In this document: in pieces, positions 8,724 through 16,451 of the stretch
Layout of the letters: the number at the start of each line of letters is the position of its first letter
Numbering within the stretch: position 1 is the stretch's first letter
Assembly (NCBI GenBank): GCA_002713325.1
Contig: PAWD01000008.1
Span: forward strand, 192,244-256,243
Length of the DNA: 64,000 nt
From: Nitrososphaerota archaeon
GTDB lineage: Archaea; Thermoproteota; Nitrososphaeria; Nitrososphaerales; UBA213
Direction: 5' to 3'
Notes under the pieces: model-generated
Told to the model about the DNA's origin: nothing
Databases searched by the model: none
What the model saw: only the letters and a program-made list of their open reading frames with translations
Translations under genes and position numbers: made by a program

Positions 8724-9725
8724 ATGTTTCCGCTCTACGATGAGAACCCAAGAGCTACAAGACCGTATGTGAACTATGTGCTAATAGCTGTTAACTTTGG
8801 AGTCTTCATGTGGGAGGTTATAGCGACGGGGTTTTTTACAAATGAAGAGGCGGTTGTAAGAATATTCATAGATCATGGTTTTGTTCCAGTAAAATTCCTT
8901 GAAAGTGGTCCGCTGCGGATAGAGGCTTATTCATCAATACTCAGCTCGATATTCATGCATGGTGGTATTATACACTTACTCGGGAATATGCTTTTCCTAT
9001 GGGTTTTTGGTGATAACATAGAAGATAGATTTGGACATGGAAAGTATCTTGGGATATACCTCTTCTGGGGTTTTTTTGCTAGTATGGCACATCTAGTATG
9101 GGTCATGAGTGTTGGTGGAAATCAGTTACTCATACCCGCAGTAGGCGCCTCTGGTGCTATATCTGGTGTTTTAGGTGCATATCTCCTGATGTTCCCAAGA
9201 GCTAAGGTAATTACTTTATTATTCTTCTTTTTCATAACCACAACAAGAATACCTGCCTTTGCATATTTAATAATTTGGTTCATCTTCCAACTGTTTTCAG
9301 CTTCCTTCGGTGCTGGAGGTGACGTTGCATACTTAGCACATATTGGAGGTTTCGCTATCGGTGCAGTGTTTGGAGCTCTATACAGATCTTTGATTAAAGT
9401 GCGATTAAAACTTGCATCTGTGCCAACCAAAAGATCTGAACAAAAAACATTAGAGCCAAGACGTATGGAGCAAGTAGTTAGACCGTTGCGAATGGAGGGC
9501 ATCACTGCAGACAAGTATGTGGAGATATTAGTGGAAATGCCCGGAGTAAGTGAAAGAAGTATAGTGATTAATGTTTCAGACAACATAGTGTTTATAGATG
9601 CAGTTACAGAAGATGGTTATAAAAAATATGGTGGAAAGGCAATATTGAGAGTTAAGGTAAAAAAAGAACCAGAATTCACGCATTATCTGAATGGTGTATT
9701 ACGTATAAGATTAAGTCGTGTATGA
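8724..9725 (+). CDS. Rhomboid intramembrane serine protease fused to a C-terminal HSP20/alpha-crystallin-like domain
   Basis: Rhomboid motifs HGGIIHLLGNMLFLWVFG, GASGAISGVLGAY and AHIGGFAIGA. The C-terminus YVEILVEMPGVSERSIVINVSDNIVFIDA...HYLNGVLRIRLSRV resembles an ACD. Confidence 0.85.
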   Translation: MFPLYDENPRATRPYVNYVLIAVNFGVFMWEVIATGFFTNEEAVVRIFIDHGFVPVKFLESGPLRIEAYSSILSSIFMHGGIIHLLGNMLFLWVFGDNIEDRFGHGKYLGIYLFWGFFASMAHLVWVMSVGGNQLLIPAVGASGAISGVLGAYLLMFPRAKVITLLFFFFITTTRIPAFAYLIIWFIFQLFSASFGAGGDVAYLAHIGGFAIGAVFGALYRSLIKVRLKLASVPTKRSEQKTLEPRRMEQVVRPLRMEGITADKYVEILVEMPGVSERSIVINVSDNIVFIDAVTEDGYKKYGGKAILRVKVKKEPEFTHYLNGVLRIRLSRV

Positions 9726-9835
9726 GTATGAAGTTACTACGTTCTTGGGAATGAGTTGAGCTCATAATTACTAAAATTGGATTGAATCTAGTGAACAGTT
9801 ATATTTGTTAGAGGGATAGAATTGAAGGTTTTCAG

Positions 9836-10141
9836 ATGGGTAAAAGAAAAGTCCTCAGTGAATCAGAGTTGAAGGAATTTGCGTTACCGCAGGGAAGTGA
9901 GTTGTTAGGTAGGGTTATGAAATTGCCTGGAGGTGACCATGTAATTGTCAAATGCACAGATGACAAAGTAAGGGTCTGTAGGATACGAGGGAAGATGAAG
10001 CGTAAGATGTGGGTTAGAGAAAATGACGTTGTTCTGGTGGTACCGTGGGACTTCCAAGATGCAAAGGCAGACATTATTTGGCGATATATAAGTGCCCATG
10101 CACGATGGCTAGAAAATAAAAACTACATACGTAAGGAATGA
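9836..10141 (+). CDS. eif1a: Translation initiation factor aIF-1A
   Basis: 101 aa with an S1/OB pattern: GRVMKLPGGDHVIVKCTDDKVRVCRIRGKMKRKMWVRENDVVLV. Confidence 0.9.
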   Translation: MGKRKVLSESELKEFALPQGSELLGRVMKLPGGDHVIVKCTDDKVRVCRIRGKMKRKMWVRENDVVLVVPWDFQDAKADIIWRYISAHARWLENKNYIRKE

Positions 10142-10236
10142 TAATAAATCAGCATTAAATATAGTCTTACTGTGTGTGTCTTTCATTGTTTTGAATTATA
10201 TTAAAAAACATTTGTTGTGGGTGTTTGGTTTTAAAA

Positions 10237-10338
10237 TGCGGGAGGTGGGATTTGAACCCACGAACCCCTGAAGGACAGGGTCCTAAGCTTCGCACTCATA
10301 AGAGACCTGCGCCGTTGGCCATGCTTGGCGACCCCCGC
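10237..10338 (-). tRNA. tRNA-Leu(UAG), class II, with a 17-nt intron in the 5' half of the anticodon stem
   Basis: Minus-strand sequence: GCGGGGG-TC-GCCAAGCATGGCCAACGGC-G-CAGG[TCTCTTATGAGTGCGAA]G-CTTAGGA-CCCTG-TCCTTCAGGGGTTC-GTGGGTTCAAATCCCAC-CTCCCGC-A. Removing 10289-10305 restores the stem CAGGG/CCCTG and the loop CTTAGGA. Confidence 0.8.
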
Positions 10339-10412
10339 ATAGCAAGTGGCAATATAACCAGGAATTTATCTATTATTGCTTAACACAAAAGTCTATACAT
10401 ATCTATCAAACA

Positions 10413-11036
10413 TCATTTTACAAGTAGGTGTAGTATCTTCTTTGGTACTTCATTCAGGTTGCTAACTGCGATACTTCTGTTGCATCCCAGTGATTTCAAT
10501 TTCTTTGTTATACCTATAGCCTCTACGTCGATAGGCTCACCATCAGTAAATGTGAGAAATATCTCTGGTTTTAGTCGTTCGATCAACGGTCTTATTCACT
10601 CATAAACTTCTGTCAGAGGGGTCACTCCAGTAACAACTATCTATACCAACCATATAGTTGGTGTGTTACTTCACCGAGCTTCTGGAGATCTTACTATCCA
10701 ACGCTTAACCTTGTTTTTTTGAGTGTTAAAGGTAAACACAGAAAACTTAACATCCAGATAATCCAGTGCTTTCCACGGAGTTATAGTATACTTGTGTTCC
10801 TACTCCATACGTAATATGCTACTAGAATAATCAAGTAGTATTACAAGATTAGTTTTATAGATTGTCTTTAGGTCTACAAAAAAACATTCATAGTGTTTTT
10901 CTATGTAGCTTTCCTCATCGAATTCGTCGCCACTACTGTAATGTTTTTCAACCCAACCGATCTTCCAATTCCTGAATTCGGTTTGAAGTTTGTTTATCAA
11001 GTCTTCATTGTAAAGTAATGTGTGTATTAATACCAA
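10413..11036 (-). pseudogene. von Willebrand factor A (VWA) domain gene inactivated by four in-frame stop codons
   Basis: One continuous frame reads ...LVILLDYSSSILRME* (MIDAS DxSxS), then EHKYTITPWKALDYLDVKFSVFTFNTQKNKVKRWIVRSPEAR*SNTPTIWLV*IVVTGVTPLTEVYE*IRPLIERLKPEIFLTFTDGEPIDVEAIG...LLVK*. The internal stops are at 10800-02 (TAG), 10671-73 (TGA), 10641-43 (TAG) and 10596-98 (TGA). Confidence 0.6.
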
Positions 11037-11060
11037 GTTTTTCTGGAATGAACACGAGCT

Positions 11061-11336
11061 TTATTCCAATCGTTTTATAATATGATAACCGAACTGTGTT
11101 TTTACTATATTAGAGATCTGACCCTTCTCTAATGTAAAGGCCGTTTTTTCGAAATCTTTGACCATCTTTCCTCTTCCAAAGTATCCCAAGTCACCACCGC
11201 GTTTTCTACTACCATCCAATGATCTTTCTCCAGCTAGTTTAGAAAAACTTTCTCCTTTTTTGATCTTGTCTAAAATTTCTTGTGCTTCACTAAATTTTGC
11301 CACTAGAATATGTGCACATCTTATCTTGTTGCCCAT
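11061..11336 (-). CDS. Parvulin-type peptidyl-prolyl cis-trans isomerase (PpiC/PinA-like, single domain)
   Basis: 91 aa: CAHILV...GGDLGYFGRGKMVKDFEKTAF...FGYHIIKR. This is the rotamase pattern of the single-domain archaeal parvulins. Confidence 0.9.
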   Translation of the reverse strand: MGNKIRCAHILVAKFSEAQEILDKIKKGESFSKLAGERSLDGSRKRGGDLGYFGRGKMVKDFEKTAFTLEKGQISNIVKTQFGYHIIKRLE

Positions 11337-11546
11337 GAATTTATTTCAAAGTAGGAATTGATATGTCTTATGGGTGTGATAACTAGAAATCGATATAATG
11401 GTGTAAGACAGAAGTGATAGAAATAAACTTGAAGGCTTTACCAATCAGTTAATTATCAGTCTTTGGGTATATTTTTGCCTAGAACTGTGTTTTTACTACA
11501 TAAATATCCTATAAAAAATTATTAGTCATTAGAGATTTAATTACCC

Positions 11547-12041
11547 TTGTATTTGATCATAATGTTGGAAGATATTGAGCAGATAATTTCAGTACTTTTT
11601 TCAGTTTGGGGAACAGAGAAAGGACTCTTCAAGCGTGGTAGGGAAGGTATGCTTGTATTAACTAGTAAAAGAATAGCTTTCGTTTCAAAAACAAAGATGA
11701 ATATCAATTGGTGGCGTGATGAGGTTAAAATGCAACTGAAGTCTTTCAAACAGTCGAGTAATACCATAAGAGTGTCTGATGAGTATACAATAGAAAGGCT
11801 AACTAGGGATCTGTTAGATGAGACTAACGTAAATATATCTATAAAACAGGTCTTAGTTGTTGAGTTCGAACAGAAGCGTTGGGGTTCTGAATTAAAGATA
11901 AAATTTGAGCAGAATGGTGGAGTTAAAATGCACAAGTTTGCTATCGTGAAGGGGTGGACGACTTATCCCGTAAAGGATCCTGTTGCTTTCCTCTATGTAG
12001 ATTGGAAACCATGGATAAGTGCACTTAAATCAAATATGTAA
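11547..12041 (+). CDS. Hypothetical protein (possible bacterial-PH/GRAM-like fold)
   Basis: 164 aa. GMLVLTSKRIAFVSK resembles bPH/GRAM domains. The likely start is MLEDIEQ at about 11562. Confidence 0.45.
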   Translation: MYLIIMLEDIEQIISVLFSVWGTEKGLFKRGREGMLVLTSKRIAFVSKTKMNINWWRDEVKMQLKSFKQSSNTIRVSDEYTIERLTRDLLDETNVNISIKQVLVVEFEQKRWGSELKIKFEQNGGVKMHKFAIVKGWTTYPVKDPVAFLYVDWKPWISALKSNM

Positions 12042-12074
12042 TATGTTTTTAAAGTTAATAGAAAGTGTAAAGGT

Positions 12075-12728
12075 GTGGGTAAAGTTTATGTTGTTGGTGT
12101 CGGTCCAGGGTCTCCAGAGTTTGTTACTAGGAAAGTTATTCATGTTATACAAAACTCTGACATAATAGTAGGGTACAAGCATAGTTTAGATGTAATAAGG
12201 GATCTGCTCGAGGGTAAGGATGTAAGACAGATAACATTGAAGACGCAAGAAAATGTTTATGCTGATGTTGTTAAAAATCTAAATAATAAAACCTGTGTAA
12301 TTACTTTTACTGGCGACCCTGATTTTTCGGAATCGGAGATAGTTGATCGTTTAATAGAGATTTTTGATGATGTAGAAATTATTCCAGGGATAAGTTCCAT
12401 ACAGGTAGCTGCTTCGAAATCGAAGATACCTATCGATAAAAGTGTACTTATCACATTTCATATAACAGGTGATATAGAAAAAGAAAAAGAAATGTTATTA
12501 CAAGCAATTAGAGATGGTAGAAATGTGATTATGTTACCCCGGCCTTGGGATTTTATGCCACAACAGGTAGCACAATTCCTACAAGAAAACGGTGTTGATA
12601 TTAATAGGGTAAATGTTGATATTTATGAGTTCCTTACTTTGCAAAATGAAAAAATCACAAAAAATAAGTTAAGTAATATAGAAGATAAAAATTACAGTGA
12701 CCTTTGTGTGATGGTAGTCTATTATTAA
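12075..12728 (+). CDS. cbiE: Tetrapyrrole methylase, CbiE-like (cobalt-precorrin-7 C5-methyltransferase)
   Basis: 217 aa. The N-terminus KVYVVGVGPGSPEFVTRKVIHVIQNSDIIVGYKHSLDVI and the size fit CbiE. Confidence 0.7.
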   Translation: MGKVYVVGVGPGSPEFVTRKVIHVIQNSDIIVGYKHSLDVIRDLLEGKDVRQITLKTQENVYADVVKNLNNKTCVITFTGDPDFSESEIVDRLIEIFDDVEIIPGISSIQVAASKSKIPIDKSVLITFHITGDIEKEKEMLLQAIRDGRNVIMLPRPWDFMPQQVAQFLQENGVDINRVNVDIYEFLTLQNEKITKNKLSNIEDKNYSDLCVMVVYY

Positions 12729-12967
12729 AATTTTACAATATTGAGAGCTCTTACTAGTTGTTTTCCTTTTGAGGTTAAAGTGTTAACAACACACCCGTTC
12801 CTCTTTTCACGTTTAACCAGATCTAGATCTTGTAGATGTTTTAGGTGTCTGCTTACAGCGCCGTTATCGTTTAGTTTTCTTCTTAAAGCTCTTACATGTA
12901 AAGAAACTTCGCCTAAGAACGTCAGTATTTGTATTTCTGTGTGGTTAAATCTTCTTTTAGATACCAT
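12725..12967 (-). CDS. Small winged-helix (ArsR/MarR-like) DNA-binding protein
   Basis: 80 aa: IQILTFLGEVSLHVRALRRKLNDNGAVSRHLKHLQDLDLVKREKRNG. A 6-bp-stem hairpin (12971-12989) sits just upstream of its start. Confidence 0.55.
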   Translation of the reverse strand: MVSKRRFNHTEIQILTFLGEVSLHVRALRRKLNDNGAVSRHLKHLQDLDLVKREKRNGCVVNTLTSKGKQLVRALNIVKF

Positions 12968-13011
12968 TAGTGTCCGTTTAACACGGACATCGCTATAAGT
13001 TTTTTCTATGT

Positions 13012-13755
13012 TTATGCTATGCCTGGAGGATCTCCACTTTCCGTGGTGTGTTCAAGATGCGACATCTGGTCCTCCATTAACTTTTTCTTCTCTTCTTCTT
13101 CGTCAAGCTCGCTCATGTTAAATGGCTGTATTCCCAGTATGTTGACTAGAACCGCTAGTATGTTTTGAGCGGTCTTTGGTTGAACGATGTTAGGGTTGTC
13201 TATTTCACCAAGTATACACGCGGCGTCCAGATGGCGCTCCTTAGCGATTCCAAGTAGCAGTCCATTAAAACCAATTATCTCACCCTTACCCTCAAGTATT
13301 GATATACCGAAATTTCGGATGTATTCTAATAGGTGTTCGTTGTTGACCGCACCAAAAACATTTAGTTTAGTACTACTCTCCTGTCTAAATGCAGCCCCTA
13401 TCGAATATAGTCGCTTAACTTTCATGCGTTCAGCCATCTGCACTACTTCGTAGCATATCTCATATAGCCTTCTAGGATCGGTGGGATTGAATTCACCGTT
13501 AAATATCAATAGATTTTCATTCTCTAGGTAATAAAACTTGTAACTTGATTGGTTATAGTCCACTACGCCGTTGGTGTATGAAACGTATGGTGGCCAGTAG
13601 GCGTATATCTCTGCAAATAATTTTGCATTTAACTTCTTTATAATATAACTTACTCCAATACCTGCAACGTTCCCCATGTCAGGGAGTGCTGCAAGCATGT
13701 TGGGTGATTCTAATTTTGGATGGTTGTGAATCTTTATCCCTAGCATTAGGTTCAA
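13012..13755 (-). CDS. PAC2-family proteasome assembly chaperone-like protein
   Basis: 247 aa. The N-terminal pattern ESPNMLAALPDMGNVAGIGVSYIIKKLNAKLFAEIY and the acidic C-terminal tail are as in archaeal PAC2/PbaA-type proteins. Confidence 0.65.
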   Translation of the reverse strand: MNLMLGIKIHNHPKLESPNMLAALPDMGNVAGIGVSYIIKKLNAKLFAEIYAYWPPYVSYTNGVVDYNQSSYKFYYLENENLLIFNGEFNPTDPRRLYEICYEVVQMAERMKVKRLYSIGAAFRQESSTKLNVFGAVNNEHLLEYIRNFGISILEGKGEIIGFNGLLLGIAKERHLDAACILGEIDNPNIVQPKTAQNILAVLVNILGIQPFNMSELDEEEEKKKLMEDQMSHLEHTTESGDPPGIA

Positions 13756-13782
13756 AATCCTGGTCCTGTTTAAAAACTCTAA

Positions 13783-14283
13783 CTATGCCATTTCCATTAT
13801 TTCTGTCTCTGGCTTTAATGTTTCTATCATGTAAAACTCTATAAATGCGCCGCTAAGAACAAGTGCAGCAACCACACCCAATTCAATTAACGTTGGTCTC
13901 AAAATTGATTTTAGGTTGTGCTTGCGTATAATTGCGTTTATTAAAATACCACTTCGTGACATCGCAATTCCATATGAAAATAGTTCAATAGCAGCAAACG
14001 GTGTTGTAAGTATGGCCAAGGGATGGAAATTTGTAAGTTCTGGTGTTGTCTGCACGATTGCGTTGAAGACCATTCCAGTGGAAAAGGCAGAAAACACTCC
14101 TACCGCTATACCAAATCCAGGTATGAACATTGTTGCTGCTATACGAAAATTGTTAAAGAAGATATCTTCAACACCTATATCCTCCACCAGTTTCTCAAAC
14201 TCGTCTCTGAGTTGTGTTGCATCACTATCACTAGTTTCCACTATGGCTCCGATGTAATAAACGCCGGTAAAAACCATAATCAC
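13783..14283 (-). CDS. SpoIIM-like (DUF95) integral membrane protein
   Basis: 166 aa, multi-TM, with FFNNFRIAATMFIPGFGIAVGVFSAFSTGMVFNA, which is characteristic of the family. Confidence 0.6.
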   Translation of the reverse strand: MIMVFTGVYYIGAIVETSDSDATQLRDEFEKLVEDIGVEDIFFNNFRIAATMFIPGFGIAVGVFSAFSTGMVFNAIVQTTPELTNFHPLAILTTPFAAIELFSYGIAMSRSGILINAIIRKHNLKSILRPTLIELGVVAALVLSGAFIEFYMIETLKPETEIMEMA

Positions 14284-14356
14284 AATTCCAATAAAGACAA
14301 GTCTTTTTATTCTATTTATGAGAACCTGTCAGATGTTTTCTTATTTCTACCTTCGT

Positions 14357-15541
14357 TCATACAAGTGCTGCCGTAGTGCTATCTTCCTTGAAGGCGCTCC
14401 TGACGATAGAAGGTGAAATTGCTAGAGATATCTTCTTCGTTCGGCCATACCTACCATGACTAATTACTGGAGCAGAAATGAGACCTAGAGTGTCAAGCGC
14501 ACTTATTATCATACCAACTCGTCTCTGCGTGAGTGGTTCTATACCGATCTTAACACAAAATCCGGTGTATTTAGCAAATACGTCTCCCGTAGAGCCTTTG
14601 TCGGACAGCATTATGCTGTACACCGTTAGCTTCTCGTGTATGGTTAAGGAGTGCAACGCCTCGCTTGCAGTGTCTTGCTCAATCTTTTTCTCTGCAACCC
14701 TAACATGTTTTTCGTCAACAAAGCTTGCACTATCACGTTCCGCAACGTCGCCTGCAACTCGCAATAGATCTACAGCTCTTCTAGCATCTCCGCGTTCTGA
14801 GCCCGACATTGCAGCACAAAGGTTGATGGCCGCTTCCTTTACAGTGTTTTCATTAAACCCGGCTTTAACTCTGTCTTTCAAGATTCCACATAACTCTTCT
14901 ACCGTATATGCGGGAAAAACTATCTCCTCTTCACTCAAACTGCTTAAGACCCTTGGGCCAAGAAATTCCTTGAAGTTAAGGTCATTAGATATTCCTATCA
15001 GGGACAACGATCCCTTATTAAGCCGAGAGTTTGCTCTAGTCATTTCATATAATATTTTATCCCCGTGGTTCTTCACTAACTCGTCTATTTCATCGAGAAC
15101 AAACACGGTGTTTATACCGCGTTCGTTTATGTGCGCAAGTATTTTTACAAACAGATCTCCAGAAGCCAAACCCGTGGCCGGTAACTCTAAACCTATTGCA
15201 CTACCTAATTGTACAAGAGCCGTATATTCTCTACTACTCTTTGTATTAGCATACCCAAGTGCTATTTCTGCATGTTGTTTCGTAACGTGTTCTTTTAACC
15301 GTTTTAAGACATGTGTGGCAACAGCGGTCTTTCCAGTACCGGGTTTACCATAAAGAAATAGGTTTGATGCTTTTGCTCCTTTAAGGAGTGGAGAAAGTCC
15401 TTCCCCAATAGCTTTTATTTCCTCTTGTCTAAACAACAATCGTTGAGGAGTATAGTCAGCCCTTAACACATCTCTATCTTTTATGAGTGGTTTACCGGTA
15501 ATCGCCTTTGAAAACACATCGTTAAGAATATCATCACTCAA
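14357..15541 (-). CDS. cdc6: Orc1/Cdc6 replication initiator
   Basis: 394 aa with Walker A LYGKPGTGKTAV, Walker B VFVLDEIDEL, and a C-terminal winged helix. It abuts a 526-bp AT-rich spacer carrying ORB-like dyads. Confidence 0.92.
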   Translation of the reverse strand: MSDDILNDVFSKAITGKPLIKDRDVLRADYTPQRLLFRQEEIKAIGEGLSPLLKGAKASNLFLYGKPGTGKTAVATHVLKRLKEHVTKQHAEIALGYANTKSSREYTALVQLGSAIGLELPATGLASGDLFVKILAHINERGINTVFVLDEIDELVKNHGDKILYEMTRANSRLNKGSLSLIGISNDLNFKEFLGPRVLSSLSEEEIVFPAYTVEELCGILKDRVKAGFNENTVKEAAINLCAAMSGSERGDARRAVDLLRVAGDVAERDSASFVDEKHVRVAEKKIEQDTASEALHSLTIHEKLTVYSIMLSDKGSTGDVFAKYTGFCVKIGIEPLTQRRVGMIISALDTLGLISAPVISHGRYGRTKKISLAISPSIVRSAFKEDSTTAALV

Positions 15542-15641
15542 TTCTTACACTCCCACACCATGTGTTCTTCTGTAAACTATTAACATTAAACATAATAATT
15601 TGTATTACGATTATACTATTTCTTTTTAATCACTTAAATCA

Positions 15642-15662
15642 ATTATTATTATTATTATTATT
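15642..15662. repeat. (ATT)7 microsatellite inside a candidate duplex-unwinding element
   Basis: attattattattattattatt, embedded in a 34-nt stretch without G or C. Confidence 0.9.
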
Positions 15663-15895
15663 AATTAATTTAATGTAATTATTTTGTTATGTAAAAATAC
15701 TTCCAAAGGATCATTTGGTGTGTATGTGTTAACAAATACTAATGTGATAATATTTTCTTTTCAAGAAACACATTAACTTACACTGTTAAGGTGTTTTCAG
15801 TTTATTACTAAATAATAAGAAAATAACACATTAAATTAGATTTGGTTGTTAGGATGGGTGTTAACAGTGTTAATACGGTCTATAGAGACCACGAT

Positions 15896-15906
15896 TTCCA
15901 TTGGAA
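15896..15906. promoter_or_regulatory. ORB-like dyad TTCCATTGGAA (candidate Orc1/Cdc6 site)
   Basis: A perfect 11-bp palindrome that matches the dyad core of archaeal origin recognition boxes. Confidence 0.5.
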
Positions 15907-15938
15907 ACCCATTTTATGGTCGTTAACGACACCATCAC

Positions 15939-15949
15939 TTCCACTGGAA
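15939..15949. promoter_or_regulatory. ORB-like dyad TTCCACTGGAA (candidate Orc1/Cdc6 site)
   Basis: A second perfect dyad, 43 bp from the first. A degenerate third copy CTTCCAAAGGA lies at 15700-15710. Confidence 0.5.
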
Positions 15950-16067
15950 GTTAACTTGTGAACAGATTAGAAACACTCTCACATCAGCTTAAGAATAACG
16001 ATCAACCGTGTTAACAACTTTATCGTTATCAAGCTTAAGTGTTAACCTGTTAATGATCTAAGCAAAT

Positions 16068-16451
16068 TTGGCCCGTAAGAAGATTAGAATAGAAATGGAC
16101 GACGGAGAGGGTGGAAAATACGCACTTTCGGTAGAGGGTAATGTGACTCGTGAGAAGATTCTCAAAGTATTTGAGCTTATGCAGTTATTGGACATGGAAC
16201 AGGTCGCCGATTACACAAAACCGGATCCTACATCAGTAGGATCAAAAATTTGGAGTCTTGTAGAGAATAAATTCAATTTTGGTGAGTTTACTTCCTCCTC
16301 TCTATTAGAAGCATATGAGGACCAGTATAATGAACCAGTGAAGTTAAGCGTGATTTCTACCTATTTATCTAGGTTTGCAGATAGGGATAAGCTAGTCAGG
16401 AATAAAGGGCGCAAAGAATGGTTATATCGTAAGATGATTATTAAGCATTAG
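16068..16451 (+). CDS. Hypothetical origin-adjacent protein with a C-terminal winged-helix-like segment
   Basis: 127 aa with a TTG start. The C-terminus is VKLSVISTYLSRFADRDKLVRNKGRKEWLYRK. The last GTGTTAAC copy lies 22 bp upstream of the start. Confidence 0.5.
   Translation: MARKKIRIEMDDGEGGKYALSVEGNVTREKILKVFELMQLLDMEQVADYTKPDPTSVGSKIWSLVENKFNFGEFTSSSLLEAYEDQYNEPVKLSVISTYLSRFADRDKLVRNKGRKEWLYRKMIIKH

Larger units (their letters stand above)
15542..16067. other. Predicted chromosomal replication origin (oriC)
   Basis: Non-coding gap upstream of orc1/cdc6. It contains a pure A/T run at 15641-15674 that includes (ATT)7, two perfect TTCCAnTGGAA dyads, one degenerate copy, and a GTTAAC motif array. 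Confidence 0.6.

Noticed and set aside
9122-9586. A 154-aa ORF antisense to the rhomboid gene. Similar cases occur at 5163-5507, 11537-11935 and 50244-50642.
   Set aside because: All are embedded in stronger sense-strand genes and have low-complexity translations.
10596-10802. The in-frame stops of the VWA gene as programmed recoding (Sec/Pyl or readthrough).
   Set aside because: The stops are a mix of TAG and TGA, four within 70 codons, with no SECIS- or PYLIS-like structure evident. Pseudogenisation is far more parsimonious.
10237-11036. A tRNA-Leu-adjacent integrated element.
   Set aside because: I saw no integrase, no duplicated tRNA 3' segment (att) and no other foreign-looking genes. 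Only a decayed VWA gene is present.
14478-15353. A 291-aa ORF on the + strand, entirely inside and antisense to orc1/cdc6.
   Set aside because: The composition is Ser/Leu/Thr/Pro-rich and low-complexity, with no recognisable motif. The opposite strand encodes a complete Orc1/Cdc6 with all motifs, so this is a shadow ORF.
15642-15662. The (ATT)7 run and nearby repeats, considered as a possible CRISPR or minisatellite array.
   Set aside because: It is a 3-bp microsatellite within an A/T run. No repeat-spacer periodicity of 25-40 bp occurs anywhere in the window, and there are no cas genes.
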